Shown here: piece after piece, positions 15,763 to 25,486 of the stretch | Position numbering within the stretch: the first letter of the stretch is position 1 | Layout: each line of letters starts with the position of its first letter | Source of the DNA: Eubacteriales bacterium | GTDB taxonomy: Bacteria; Bacillota; Clostridia; Oscillospirales; CAG-272 | Assembly: GCA_045652845.1 (NCBI GenBank) | Contig: JAZOLJ010000008.1 | Coordinates: 1-60,522 of the forward strand | Direction of reading: 5' to 3' | Length of the DNA: 60,522 bases | Made by a program: the position numbers and the translations under genes | The notes under the pieces: generated by a model | The model's input: only the letters and a program-made list of their open reading frames with translations | What the model was told of the DNA's origin: nothing | Databases searched by the model: none

Positions 15763-17008
15763 ATTGGGTTTGCCAAAGTGTGGCAACAATGCGGCGGCGT
15801 TTTCTGCCTCGCACGGCAAAGAATATGCCTGCACCCACACAGGTGCCGAGTATCACGCCTGCCATTACGATAATGGAGGTGTTGATGGGACTTTCGATCT
15901 TCAGATCCTCCCACAGGCTATTGAGGAGCATCAAGCGTTCCTCGGGGAGATTTTCGTAAAACTCCATCGGAATATCCTCGGTGCCGTAAAGGATCTCCAT
16001 CGCGTCGGGGTGGATCTCCTCCATGGTGGCACGGTAGTCCTCATCCTCGGTGACAAGGCGATTGGGCGAAGCATAGCAAATATACTCTGCATTGGCGATC
16101 GCCGCCTCCTTTGAGAGCATGAAGTTGATGTATCGCTCTGCAATTTCCGGATTTTGGCTGGAGGCGGGCACGCACATTGCGTCAACAAACACGTTGGTGC
16201 CCTCCGTGGGATAACAGAAGCCAAGATCCTCATTATCGGCATACATGGTGAAGAAATCGCCCGCATAATAGGGGGCAATGGCGGCAGAGCCGTTCTCCAT
16301 TTTGTTAAAGATCTCATCCATCACGTAGCCCTGCACGATCGGCTTTTGCTTCATCAGCAGCGCGAGTGCCTCGCGCCACTCTGCCTCGTTTTCGGTATTT
16401 ACGCTGTAGCCGAGCTTAAAAAGAGCCGTAGCAAATGCATCGCGAGAGTTGTTAAATTGCAGCACGTTGCCCTCGTATTTCTCGTTCCACATAATATCCC
16501 ACGTACCAAGATCCGCCTCATCCACCATGGTAGTGTTATAAATAATACCAACCGTGCCGTAGGTGTAGGGCACCGAATAGGAATTGGTGGGATCATAGTA
16601 GGGCATCTGATCGCCAAACATGGCGGTAAGATCAATATACTGCGCGTTGGGGATGTTTTGAAGGTTTAGCGGGCGCAAAAGCTCCTCCTCGATCATGCGG
16701 GCGATCATGTAATCAGACGGGATGACAATATCGTAATTCGCCGCACCGCTGCTGATCTTGGCATACATATCCTCGTTTGAAGAATAGGTGGAGTAATTGA
16801 CCTCCACGCGCTGGCCGTATTCCCTAAAATACCACTCCTCAAAGGCGGCGTTTACGTCAAGCGAGCCCTCGGTGCCGTCGGAGATGTATTCACCCCAGTT
16901 GTAAACGTAAAGCGTAACGGCTTCGCCCGAGTCGCCGCACGAGGAAAAGGCAGGTAAAAGCAGTGCCAAAACAGCAAATAAGAGGCATACGGTAACGATT
17001 TTTTTCAT
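15761..17008 (-). CDS. potD: Spermidine/putrescine ABC transporter substrate-binding lipoprotein with an extra C-terminal TM helix
   Basis: 415 aa. Lipobox PAFSSC, PotD-like LYVYNWGEYI, and a C-terminal INTSIIVMAGVILGTCVGAGIFFAVRGRKRRR segment. Confidence 0.8.
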   Translation of the reverse strand: MKKIVTVCLLFAVLALLLPAFSSCGDSGEAVTLYVYNWGEYISDGTEGSLDVNAAFEEWYFREYGQRVEVNYSTYSSNEDMYAKISSGAANYDIVIPSDYMIARMIEEELLRPLNLQNIPNAQYIDLTAMFGDQMPYYDPTNSYSVPYTYGTVGIIYNTTMVDEADLGTWDIMWNEKYEGNVLQFNNSRDAFATALFKLGYSVNTENEAEWREALALLMKQKPIVQGYVMDEIFNKMENGSAAIAPYYAGDFFTMYADNEDLGFCYPTEGTNVFVDAMCVPASSQNPEIAERYINFMLSKEAAIANAEYICYASPNRLVTEDEDYRATMEEIHPDAMEILYGTEDIPMEFYENLPEERLMLLNSLWEDLKIESPINTSIIVMAGVILGTCVGAGIFFAVRGRKRRRIVATLWQTQ

Positions 17009-17820
17009 TTTACCCCCTCCCTTCTGCGTTTGGTCTTATCCCCGATGCTGCCTGCAAAGTTTACGGCAAGCAAAAGCGCCAAAATGGTAACGATGATCAG
17101 CGTGCACAACGCATACATGCTGTATTTGACGTTATGCGCGGTTTGGTTGTAGATGTAAAGCGGCAGGGTCTGAAAATCGGGGGAGCTTACGAAATGGCTG
17201 ATCACGAAATCATCAAGCGAGAGCGTGAACGCCATCACAAGACCCGAAACAATACCCGGTACGATTGCAGGCAGCTCCACCTTGAAAAAGCTTTGTGCGG
17301 GGGTGCAGCCAAGGTCAAGTGCTGCCTCGCGCAGGGTACGGTCAAACTGCTTAAAGCGCGGCAGAACAGAAAGAATGACGTAAGGCAGGCTGAAGGTGGT
17401 GTGGGCAATGAGCATAGTCCATTTGCCAAGAATATCTCCCATGCCGATCATGCCGCCAAGCGCAACGAAAAGAAGCATCATCGAAACGCCCGTTACGATA
17501 TCGGGGTTCATCATCGGGATATTGGTCACCGAATTGATTGCCCCCTTGAGATAGCGATTGCGCATACGGTCAAGCCCCAGCGCCGCAAAGGTGCCGATCA
17601 CGGTAGAAAGCAGGGAGGAGGTGAGTGCCAAAAACAAGGAGTTTTTAAGCGACTCGAGTGCCACCTGATCGCGAAAGAGCTCGCCGTACCAGCGGAAGGA
17701 AAAGCCCGTATAGGCAGAAAGCGAGCCACCGTCGTTAAAGGAAAAAACAACAAGCACCAGTATGGGTGCGTAAAGCAGGGCAAACACCACCCAAAGATAA
17801 AGACGGGAGAGAATTTTCAT
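17005..17820 (-). CDS. potC: Spermidine/putrescine ABC transporter permease
   Basis: 271 aa, 6 TM, EAA-type loop LREAALDLGCTPAQSFFKVELP. 4-nt overlaps with both neighbours. Confidence 0.85.
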   Translation of the reverse strand: MKILSRLYLWVVFALLYAPILVLVVFSFNDGGSLSAYTGFSFRWYGELFRDQVALESLKNSLFLALTSSLLSTVIGTFAALGLDRMRNRYLKGAINSVTNIPMMNPDIVTGVSMMLLFVALGGMIGMGDILGKWTMLIAHTTFSLPYVILSVLPRFKQFDRTLREAALDLGCTPAQSFFKVELPAIVPGIVSGLVMAFTLSLDDFVISHFVSSPDFQTLPLYIYNQTAHNVKYSMYALCTLIIVTILALLLAVNFAGSIGDKTKRRREGVK

Positions 17821-18644
17821 ACGATCATCTCCTCTCCGTCGCCATCGGAAAAGCGGTTCATCACGGCAATGGAAATGAGAATGAGGATCATCATAACCAG
17901 CGAGATCGCCGCACCGATGTGATACGTGGAAGCGTATTTGAACTGACGCTCAATGGTATCACCAATGAGGTCAAAGTTGCCGCCGCCAAGCTTTTGTGAA
18001 ATATAGAAGGTAGAAATAGAGGGCACAAACACCATGGTAACGCCCGAAACGATACCGGGGACGGTGAGGGGCAGGATCACGCGAAACAGGGTTTGGATGC
18101 CGTTGCACCCAAGATCCGCCGCCGCCTCAAAATACCGCTTATCGAGCTTGCTGATCGAGGTGTAGATGGGCAGCACCATATAGGGCAGAAAATCGTACAC
18201 CATGCCAAGAATAACCGCGCCGCCCGTGCCGACCACAGAAACGGGATTAAGACCCATGGCGGTAAGCAGGCTGTTAACAAGACCCCCGTTATCAAGCAGA
18301 GTCATGAGGGAGTAGGTGCGGATAAGTAGGCTGATCCACATAGGCAGCATCAACAGCAGCATCAGCAGCTTTTGCGTGGAGGGCTTGGCGCGTGCCATCA
18401 CAAAGGCAAGCGGATAACCGATCAGGAGGCAAAATGCCGTTGCTACCAGCGCAAAGCAAATAGACAGGAAAAAGATATGCGAATACGAGGAGAGCAGCTC
18501 GATGTTGGATAGCGAAAGGCTGCCCTTGGTATCGGTAAACGCAAAATACAACACGAACAAAAGCGGCCCTAAAACAAAGAGCACGATCCATACCATATGG
18601 GGGACCGCCGCCGCCTTTTCAAGCAAGGAGCGCTTCTGCTTCAT
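17817..18644 (-). CDS. potB: Spermidine/putrescine ABC transporter permease
   Basis: 275 aa, EAA-type loop [22 protein letters not shown]. Confidence 0.85.
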   Translation of the reverse strand: MKQKRSLLEKAAAVPHMVWIVLFVLGPLLFVLYFAFTDTKGSLSLSNIELLSSYSHIFFLSICFALVATAFCLLIGYPLAFVMARAKPSTQKLLMLLLMLPMWISLLIRTYSLMTLLDNGGLVNSLLTAMGLNPVSVVGTGGAVILGMVYDFLPYMVLPIYTSISKLDKRYFEAAADLGCNGIQTLFRVILPLTVPGIVSGVTMVFVPSISTFYISQKLGGGNFDLIGDTIERQFKYASTYHIGAAISLVMMILILISIAVMNRFSDGDGEEMIV

Positions 18645-19777
18645 TCCGCCACGTCCTCCTCTTCCACCTCAAGCTCGGGGTCGGATAGATGCTCCATCTC
18701 CTCGGAGAAGGTGGAGTAGTCGCCAAACATGCCGGAATATTCGGATTTTTTCATCACGTGAATGGCATCGGGCTCGATGTAAAGCCCGATTTTTTGCTCG
18801 GGTGCTACGTAATCCGAGGTTTCGATCATCCACTTAAAGCCCGCAATGTCAACAATGATCTCATAATAGTCGCCCTTGAAGGTAACCGAGGAAACGGTGC
18901 CCGAAAGCATTCCCCTTTCTACCTCTACCACGTCAACATCCTCGGGGCGAATGACAACGTCCACAGGCTCGTTTTTCGCAAAGCCGCCGTCAACGCAATC
19001 GAAAACATGCCCCGCGAAGCGCGCCTTTTTGTCGGCAAGCATAACGCCGTCAAGGATATTGGATTCACCGATGAAATCGGCAACAAAGGCGTTGATCGGC
19101 TCGTTATAAATATCGGTTGGCGTGCCGATCTGCTGAATTTTACCGCCCGCCATCACGACCACGGTATCGGACATGGAGAGTGCCTCCTCTTGATCGTGCG
19201 TAACGTAGATAAAGGTAATGCCCGTGGCGTGCTGAATGCGCTTTAGCTCATTTTGCATATCCTTGCGCAGCTTGAGATCAAGGGCGCCTAACGGCTCGTC
19301 AAGCAGCAGCACGCGGGGGCGATTGATAAGCGCGCGTGCAATGGCAACACGCTGCTGCTGACCGCCCGAAAGGGTGGTGGGCTTGCGGTTTTCAAAGCCC
19401 TTTAATCCCGTCATGGTCAGCATTTCGCGCACACGGTCGCGAATTTCCTCCTCGCCAACCTTTTGGAGGCGCAGCCCAAACGCTACGTTATCATAAACGT
19501 TAAGATGCGGAAACAGTGCATATTTTTGGAACACGGTGTTTACCTGACGCTTGTAGGGCGGCAGGTCGTTGATGCGCACGCCGTCAAAGATCACCTCGCC
19601 AACGTCAGGCGTTTCAAAGCCGCCGATGATACGAAGTGTGGTGGTCTTTCCGCAACCGGAGGGACCCAGCAGGGTCACAAATTCCTTGTCGTGGATGTCA
19701 AGATCAATACCGCAAAGCACCTGCTCGCCATCAAAGGATTTTTCAATTGATCTCAGCTCGATCAGCTTGTCGTTCAT
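18641..19777 (-). CDS. potA: Spermidine/putrescine ABC transporter ATP-binding protein
   Basis: 378 aa. Walker [10 protein letters not shown], signature [15 protein letters not shown], Walker B LLLDEP, a TOBE-type C-terminal domain and an acidic tail. Confidence 0.9.
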   Translation of the reverse strand: MNDKLIELRSIEKSFDGEQVLCGIDLDIHDKEFVTLLGPSGCGKTTTLRIIGGFETPDVGEVIFDGVRINDLPPYKRQVNTVFQKYALFPHLNVYDNVAFGLRLQKVGEEEIRDRVREMLTMTGLKGFENRKPTTLSGGQQQRVAIARALINRPRVLLLDEPLGALDLKLRKDMQNELKRIQHATGITFIYVTHDQEEALSMSDTVVVMAGGKIQQIGTPTDIYNEPINAFVADFIGESNILDGVMLADKKARFAGHVFDCVDGGFAKNEPVDVVIRPEDVDVVEVERGMLSGTVSSVTFKGDYYEIIVDIAGFKWMIETSDYVAPEQKIGLYIEPDAIHVMKKSEYSGMFGDYSTFSEEMEHLSDPELEVEEEDVAE

Positions 19778-19873
19778 TGGGCATCAATACTCCTTTGGGT
19801 AAAAATTTCAAAACGGCTTGCTAAAACGCGGCTTTAAAGCCCGTTTTAGTACAACAAAACCGATTATAGCGGT

Positions 19874-19902
19874 ATTGTAACATAAACTATATCAAAATGC
19901 AA
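19874..19902 (-). promoter_or_regulatory. Candidate SigA promoter of potABCD
   Basis: On the minus strand: TTGCAT (19902-19897), 17 nt, TACAAT (19879-19874). Confidence 0.55.
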
Positions 19903-20054
19903 TAGTTTTTTGTTAAAAAATCGGAAATAGGCGAAATCTCGCCGTATCTGCCCGAAAAAACTGCGGATTTTCCGATTTAAAAACGAAAAAACTCCGCTTT
20001 TCTCCGAAATCCTTTAAAATCCTCCGAAATCCTCACTTTTTGTCAGAAGCCCGC

Positions 20055-20093
20055 CAAAATAAAAAGAGAAGCCGCTTGGCGTATGCGCCAAGC
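20055..20093 (-). terminator. Terminator downstream of spoVAEB
   Basis: Hairpin gcttggcg-tat-gcgccaagc, followed on the minus strand by cttctctttttatttt. Confidence 0.7.
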
Positions 20094-20114
20094 AGCTCCG
20101 ATTGAGTTAAATTT

Positions 20115-20486
20115 TCAGCCGCGCGGCTTGCCTCCGCGGCAAATGGCAGCAGCGATCAAGCCAAAGACAAGCGCCGCGGCAGTGCCGCCTGCGGCAGCGC
20201 TAAGACCGCCCGTAAACGCACCGATCAAGCCCCTCTCGTTCACCGCCTCGCGCACGCCCTTGAAAATGAGATAACCAAACCCCGTTAAGGGGGTAGTTGC
20301 CCCCGCGCCCGCAAACTCTACTAATGGGCGGTACAGCCCCACGGCACCGAGCAGCACGCCCGCAACCACAAAAGAAACGAGTATGCGCGCAGGGGTCAGC
20401 TTGGTTTTGTCAATGAGGATCTGCGCGATCACGCAAAACGCGCCGCCCACCAAAAACGCCCAAAGCAGCCTTAACACAATTTCCAT
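20115..20486 (-). CDS. spoVAE: Stage V sporulation protein AE (SpoVAEB type)
   Basis: 123 aa starting at MEIVLRLLWAFLVGGAFCVIAQ (GGAGG 8 nt upstream). It aligns by eye along its whole length with B. subtilis SpoVAEB: WAFLVGGAICVIGQ..., FAGAGATVP.T.FG, GLIG....G. Confidence 0.85.
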   Translation of the reverse strand: MEIVLRLLWAFLVGGAFCVIAQILIDKTKLTPARILVSFVVAGVLLGAVGLYRPLVEFAGAGATTPLTGFGYLIFKGVREAVNERGLIGAFTGGLSAAAGGTAAALVFGLIAAAICRGGKPRG

Positions 20487-21490
20487 TCGCTTTCCTCCTT
20501 TGCCGTAAGGCAGACAAGATGTGCAATGGCAGGAATGCACTCGCCCTGCTGAATGATCTGTGGGCTCATCATGGCGCCCGTGCCGAGAAAAAGCACGCGG
20601 CGCAGCTCACCCGACGCGAGCTTTGGCAAAATATACGAGGCAAGCACCGCCGCCGAGCAGCCGCACCCTGACCCACCCGCGTGGGTATCCTGCGTTTCAC
20701 GGCTGTAAATCATCATGCCGCAATCGTTGTAAACGTCGCGCACGTCTATGCCATCCATTGCCATTAGATCGCACAAAATAGCACTGCCCTCGTAGCCGAG
20801 ATCCCCCGTGGCGATCAGATCAAAATCGCGGGGGCGCTTGCCCGACTCCCTAAAAAATCGCAGCAGCGTATCTGCCGCGGCAGGTGCCATTGCCGCGCCC
20901 ATGTTGGCGGCATCCTTAATGCCCTTTTCTACCACTGTTCCGGGCATCACGCCGCGGATCAGTGCCTCGGCGCGCTCGCTCTCGCCTACCACAAACGCCC
21001 CCGCACCCGTTACCGTCCACTGTGCGGTAGGCGTGCGCTGCGCGCCATATTCAAGCGGCGAGCGATACTGACGCTCGGCGGTGCAGTTGTGCGAGGATGC
21101 CACCGCCGCCGCGCGACGCAGCTGACCGCTTGAGGTCAGCAAAGCTGCCAGCAGCAGCCCCTCCGCTGCCGTGGAGCAAGCACCGTATAACCCCAAATAC
21201 GGTACGTCAAAATCCTTTAATCCGTATGCTGCACCCACGCACTGATTGAGCAGATCGCCCGCTAAAATCGCGTCAAGCTCCTCCTCGTGCAGTCCGCCCT
21301 TTGCCAGCGCGGTATTAAGTGCAAGGCGCTGCAGCTCCGCCTCTGCCTTTTCCCAAGTCCTTTGCCCGAAGCGGTCGTCCTCACCGTGCAGATCGAAGAA
21401 GCCCCCAAGCGGGCCGTTTTTTTCGATTTTTCCCACCACAGATGCGGCGCAAAGTATGCCGCACTCGGTGATCTTTAATGCCTTTCTCAT
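20471..21490 (-). CDS. spoVAD: Stage V sporulation protein AD
   Basis: 339 aa from MRKALK. Thiolase-fold SpoVAD-like sequence (GPLGGFFD..., DLLNQC, GACST, SSHNCTAERQYR.P.EYG.QR). It sits directly upstream of spoVAE and overlaps it. Confidence 0.85.
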   Translation of the reverse strand: MRKALKITECGILCAASVVGKIEKNGPLGGFFDLHGEDDRFGQRTWEKAEAELQRLALNTALAKGGLHEEELDAILAGDLLNQCVGAAYGLKDFDVPYLGLYGACSTAAEGLLLAALLTSSGQLRRAAAVASSHNCTAERQYRSPLEYGAQRTPTAQWTVTGAGAFVVGESERAEALIRGVMPGTVVEKGIKDAANMGAAMAPAAADTLLRFFRESGKRPRDFDLIATGDLGYEGSAILCDLMAMDGIDVRDVYNDCGMMIYSRETQDTHAGGSGCGCSAAVLASYILPKLASGELRRVLFLGTGAMMSPQIIQQGECIPAIAHLVCLTAKEESEWKLC

Positions 21491-21544
21491 CCTTCCACTC
21501 CCCTTCCTCCCTCTTATCTTTCCGCAATTTCCATTTTTTATACA

Positions 21545-21580
21545 AGAAAAAAGTGTGTTGCGCGACATCGCGCAACACAC
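21545..21580 (-). terminator. Terminator at the left end of the phage-derived island
   Basis: 12-bp stem gtgtgttgcgcg/cgcgcaacacac with loop acat, followed on the minus strand by ttttttct. Confidence 0.75.
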
Positions 21581-21588
21581 CGTGGATA

Positions 21589-22035
21589 TTATGCGGGCTT
21601 GTAGGCAAGCACTGCCTCAAGCACCTCGCGCAAATTGCAAAGGATAGCACAGGCGGCATCCTTTTTGGCTACTGCCTCTGCCCGCTCGGCATCTGCCACC
21701 GCGAGCGCCGCTTCCAGTGCCTCGGCACGCTCACGGAGAGCCGCGCACTCGGCGTGCAACGCTTCAATTTCGCTATCACGCGCCGCAAGCTGCTCGTCAA
21801 GCAGCTCGGCATCTGCCTCGGTGGGGGTGCCAACCATCACAAAATTCGCATCGTATGCGGGGTTATCGAACCAAACCTCACCCTCGCATTTTACGTAATC
21901 GTCTGCCGCCTCGTCCCAGCCGTAGGACTTGGTTTCGGTATAGCCGCGATAACGCGACACGGCAGGATTTTCCTTTACCTTTTCAAAGAGCGCCCGCACA
22001 TCTTGGCGGGTGCTGACCTTCTCCTGATAATTCAA
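21589..22035 (-). CDS. Hypothetical phage-associated protein with Ala/Glu-rich coiled-coil C-terminus
   Basis: 148 aa, apparent TTG start. It is the last gene of the island operon before the terminator. Confidence 0.5.
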   Translation of the reverse strand: MNYQEKVSTRQDVRALFEKVKENPAVSRYRGYTETKSYGWDEAADDYVKCEGEVWFDNPAYDANFVMVGTPTEADAELLDEQLAARDSEIEALHAECAALRERAEALEAALAVADAERAEAVAKKDAACAILCNLREVLEAVLAYKPA

Positions 22036-22136
22036 AACAGCTTTTCAACTCCTTTCAAGATTTTGAGCACAGCTTCAAGGATTTCTGCGCCCTCCTCGCG
22101 CTGCATCATATCGAGCGCGCGGCTTTTCACGTGCAG

Positions 22137-22496
22137 TCATTCAAGCGTATCGGTCTTGCCATGGGCATTTACGCCCTTTGAATACGCAATATCCGCCTCA
22201 ATGCGTGCCGTCAGCTCCTCCTCGTTAAACTCACATCCAAGGTCGGCAGCAAGCACGCGCAAGCGCGACAGCACGTAGTTCAGCTTTTCTGCCGAGGAAT
22301 ATTCGGTAAACTGCTCTGCCTGCAGCTCGTACTCACGCGCCGCCTCAAAGAGTGCCGTCATGCACTGCAAGCCCTTCAGCCTGCCCGTGTGGCAAAACTT
22401 ATACACGTTATACGCAAGTGCCGCAAGGTTTACAAGGATACCGAAGCAAATGCCAACCAGCTCCCAATTACAGCTGATCCATTCAAACACCGTCAT
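22137..22496 (-). CDS. Holin-like protein (LL-H family-like, tentative)
   Basis: 119 aa with a single N-terminal TM (WELVGICFGILVNLAALAYNVY) followed by a charged helical tail. This layout resembles LL-H type holins. Confidence 0.4.
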   Translation of the reverse strand: MTVFEWISCNWELVGICFGILVNLAALAYNVYKFCHTGRLKGLQCMTALFEAAREYELQAEQFTEYSSAEKLNYVLSRLRVLAADLGCEFNEEELTARIEADIAYSKGVNAHGKTDTLE

Positions 22497-22505
22497 ATCG
22501 CCTCC

Positions 22506-22853
22506 TTACCGCGCCCCGCGCCGTCTGCCAAATCCGCCGCGGCGTTGCAAAAAGCGTGCGTATTCGCCGTACGCCTCCTTAAAAACGCCGTTTGCAAACT
22601 CATAGGTTTCGGGCGTGCCGTGCACAAACTCCAGCATTGCCACAAGATAGGTCCAGTAGAGCCTGTCGTAGGGCGCGGGAACGCTGAGCTGCTCACCGGA
22701 AAGCCCAATATAGCGATTGTCACAGACATATCTGCTATGAAGCTCGCAGGCGATCTTTTTCTCAAGCTCCTCAAGCCAGCGGAGCATCACGGTATCCTCA
22801 AGATCATGCGGCTTTACGCTTTGCACGAATGCCAATACTTCATTTTTTGTCAT
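22506..22853 (-). CDS. Hypothetical phage protein in head-completion position
   Basis: 115 aa from MTKNEVLAF (GAGGTGG RBS). Arg/Gly-rich C-terminus. Located downstream of the capsid gene. Confidence 0.45.
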   Translation of the reverse strand: MTKNEVLAFVQSVKPHDLEDTVMLRWLEELEKKIACELHSRYVCDNRYIGLSGEQLSVPAPYDRLYWTYLVAMLEFVHGTPETYEFANGVFKEAYGEYARFLQRRGGFGRRRGAR

Positions 22854-22863
22854 GTAAGCCACC

Positions 22864-23277
22864 TCACACATCGCGTCTGCGGCTCTCATCGGCAAAGCGA
22901 CCCGCCTCGCGCTCCATCAGCTCGGCGGTGCGCAGATCCTGGATCTCGGATTGATCGAGCAAAAGCGCAAACTTGCGGCGGATCCTGGTCCACACACCGC
23001 GACGGATCACGCAGTTTTTGCCGTTGATCGCCACGTAGACGTCATCCTTATATTTTTCGTTATCCTTAAACAGGCGCACCTCAACGTACTCGTTGAGCCA
23101 TGCCTCCTGCTCGCGCAAAAAGTGCTTAAACTTTTCGGCTTGTGCGCTTTCCTCGCGCGCCTTTCCGTCCTTTTCGTCGGAAAGCATGGCAAGCCTTGCC
23201 TCATAGGCGGCACGCAGCTCCTCGATCTCCTTTTGGAGTGCGGAAAGCGTTACCTGCTCTTTTTCAGTCGCTGACAT
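22864..23277 (-). CDS. Hypothetical phage protein (coiled-coil N-terminus)
   Basis: 137 aa, AAAGGAG RBS, immediately downstream of the major capsid gene. Confidence 0.45.
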   Translation of the reverse strand: MSATEKEQVTLSALQKEIEELRAAYEARLAMLSDEKDGKAREESAQAEKFKHFLREQEAWLNEYVEVRLFKDNEKYKDDVYVAINGKNCVIRRGVWTRIRRKFALLLDQSEIQDLRTAELMEREAGRFADESRRRDV

Positions 23278-23344
23278 AAATTCTCCTTTCAGCTACACGC
23301 GGCGTGCCGCGTGTAGCATTTGTACATTTTGTACCGATACGTGA

Positions 23345-24739
23345 TCAGTTTTCGCCCACCTCAAAGGTAGAGGCGGTTTCAATACGGATCATAAATGCCT
23401 CCACCAGACGCGCCGCAGCCTTGGTTGCCTTCCAGCCAACGGTTGCACGCTGATTGAGGGGGTCTGCCGTGCCGGCAGAGCCAAGCTGCTTCACAATGTG
23501 CTGCAGACCGCCACCCGTCAGCTCGGTGGTGCCATAGGCGTTGTCACCGAGAATAAGCGTAGCGTAAACATCTCTGCCCGCAAGCCCTGCCTCACCGGGA
23601 TAGAGGATATCCGAGGCGGTGGTCACGAGGTCGGTCGTACCGATGCCGCCTGCCACCAGCTGTCTGTCAAAATACAGGTAGTTATCACTGCTTTCGCTGT
23701 AAACGGCACCGGTTACCTCTGCATACTGCCAGGATGCCTCGGAGGCATCGTACATCAAAACAGCTCTGCCCACCATATCGCGCGTAGCGCGATGACCCGA
23801 GGCGCCCGAGCCGATCTTCAGGCGATATCTTGAGCCCGTACCAAAGCCATCGGTGGCAATACCAGCGCTATCAAGCGTGCTGTAAGCACCTGCAAGGCAC
23901 GCCATGGTGCGCGAGGTGGGGGTAAGATCGGGGGCGTGGAACACCTTTGCCTCGGTGCTTTCCACAAAGCGTACACCCTCGATCATACCGATCTCGCCCT
24001 CGTAAAGCTCCTTGGTATCGCAATACTGGTGCGGATACTTCCAGTTGGCATCGTTGGTGAGGTCGTAGGCACAGTCGGGGTGAATGATGCAGGCGTATGC
24101 GCCGTTGATCTTCTCTGCGTTCTGATTTTTGAGAAAACGCACGGCGCGCTTGATGCAATCCACGCTCATATAGTGGTTGCCGCTTTCCTGACCGCCCACC
24201 AGCAGGTAACGGGCGGTAACGGCATCCTCGCCGTACTGCACGTTCGTGCCGCCGCAAAGCACCTCACGGGTGATGGTATCCAGCGTTCTGCCTGCCTGCG
24301 AGCCGAGCAGCTTGGTTGCCATAACGAGATTGTTGTCGATGGCGGCAAGCAGCAAAAGATCGGAAAGCTCTACGTATCCGCCATACTGTCTTACCGTTGC
24401 CTCAACGGCACCCATGTTAAGGGACTGACCCGTGGGGGTCACGCCCTCCGAAAGAGCCGCGGTCAGCTTGGGCAGCGGATCGTATTTGCGGAAGCGAATG
24501 GATTTGCCACCGTTTTTGGGGATGGCATGCTTTTGCGCAAACTGATCGTGAATGAGATTGGGCTCGGCGTTGTCGATGAGATAATCCGCATAATAGGTGC
24601 GCATCTCGTCGGAAAGCCCGCCGCCCTCAACGTATGCCGTAACGGTATCGGTTTCCGTGTTGGCATAGCCTGTGGTCGTGTTAACGTTTTCGCCTGCGCC
24701 GAATTGCTGCAGGTCGAAGATCCTTGTTACTTTGTTCAT
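23345..24739 (-). CDS. Major capsid protein, N4-gp56-like family
   Basis: 464 aa. The block GGKSIRFRKYDPLPK...LSEGVTPTGQSL....VEATVRQYGGYVELSDLL..AIDN matches the N4-gp56 family MCP pattern (recollection). It follows the scaffold gene. Confidence 0.8.
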   Translation of the reverse strand: MNKVTRIFDLQQFGAGENVNTTTGYANTETDTVTAYVEGGGLSDEMRTYYADYLIDNAEPNLIHDQFAQKHAIPKNGGKSIRFRKYDPLPKLTAALSEGVTPTGQSLNMGAVEATVRQYGGYVELSDLLLLAAIDNNLVMATKLLGSQAGRTLDTITREVLCGGTNVQYGEDAVTARYLLVGGQESGNHYMSVDCIKRAVRFLKNQNAEKINGAYACIIHPDCAYDLTNDANWKYPHQYCDTKELYEGEIGMIEGVRFVESTEAKVFHAPDLTPTSRTMACLAGAYSTLDSAGIATDGFGTGSRYRLKIGSGASGHRATRDMVGRAVLMYDASEASWQYAEVTGAVYSESSDNYLYFDRQLVAGGIGTTDLVTTASDILYPGEAGLAGRDVYATLILGDNAYGTTELTGGGLQHIVKQLGSAGTADPLNQRATVGWKATKAAARLVEAFMIRIETASTFEVGEN

Positions 24740-24775
24740 ACCTTTTCCTTTCTTGTTTTTGGCAAAAAAGCGCAG

Positions 24776-25417
24776 TTAGAACTCAATACGCTCGCCCCGT
24801 GCGGCGCGCCTTGCCATTTCGGCACGCTCGGCACGCGTAAGGCGTGAGGCACCGCTGCCAAACGGTGCACCGACACCGGGAGCCAGTGCACTTTCAGCAG
24901 GTCGCATGCCTCTGGCGCGGATGCTTTCTGTCACCGCGCGCTCTGTTTCCTCTCTCGCGCGCTCTACTGCCGCCTTGATCACTGCATCGATGTTTTCCTC
25001 CTTTGCAGTGTCTCGCGCTTCACGCGATGCGGGGGCTGCCGCCTCCTCTGTCGGCGCGCTTTTTTTCTCTTCCGCCCGGATGGCGGCGGTCAGCGCCTCC
25101 TCATCTCGTGTGCCGTAACGGTCAGCCGCGGCGTCGATCACGCCGCGTGCACGTTCAAGCTCCTCCATCATGCTTTTTTGCGCCTTGAAGCGCTTATTGA
25201 AGGTTTCTTGAAAAAATGCCTGAAAAAGGTCCTTGTATTCCCCCTCCATCAAATTTTTAAAGCTTTCCCTTCGCGCCTGTATGGTTTGCTCCCCGGCGAC
25301 AGGAGTATTTCCCTCGTTTTCTTCGCCCGTTGCCTGCCGGGTGAGCTCAGGCGTGCTCTCTCCACCCAAATCACTCTCGCCGAAAAGCGAGAGGTCATAC
25401 CAAATTTTGCTTTTCAT
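24776..25417 (-). CDS. Capsid scaffolding protein
   Basis: 213 aa, highly charged, Ala/Glu/Arg-rich and helical. Located between the Prp and capsid genes. Confidence 0.6.
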   Translation of the reverse strand: MKSKIWYDLSLFGESDLGGESTPELTRQATGEENEGNTPVAGEQTIQARRESFKNLMEGEYKDLFQAFFQETFNKRFKAQKSMMEELERARGVIDAAADRYGTRDEEALTAAIRAEEKKSAPTEEAAAPASREARDTAKEENIDAVIKAAVERAREETERAVTESIRARGMRPAESALAPGVGAPFGSGASRLTRAERAEMARRAARGERIEF

Positions 25418-25486
25418 ATATACCTCACCTTTGTGATGTCAAGCGCGAGTGCGAAAGCCCGCGCCTATTTTGATGCATAAACGCGC

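Noticed and set aside
19778-19800. 13-codon upstream ORF (ATGCCCAATGAACGA...) overlapping the potA start, with better RBS spacing than potA itself
   Set aside because: It could indicate translational coupling or attenuation. However, it rests on spacing alone, and a 12-nt RBS-to-ATG distance for potA is still acceptable.
20115-20486. Possibility that this gene is spoVAC rather than spoVAE, which would cancel the missing-spoVAC observation
   Set aside because: The sequence aligns end to end with SpoVAEB (WAFLVGGA.CVI.Q...KLTPA...FAGAGAT.P.TGFG...GLIG). It lacks the longer N-terminal region of SpoVAC (about 150 aa).
22032-22130. 32-codon ORF (GTG start, VKSRALDMMQREEGAEILEAVLKILKGVEKLF) filling the gap between the holin-like gene and the 148-aa gene, with its stop overlapping the TTG start of the latter
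   Set aside because: It is too short, has no clear RBS and has no recognisable motif. It could be real (phage operons are dense), but it is unsupported. The TTG start of the downstream gene is itself uncertain.
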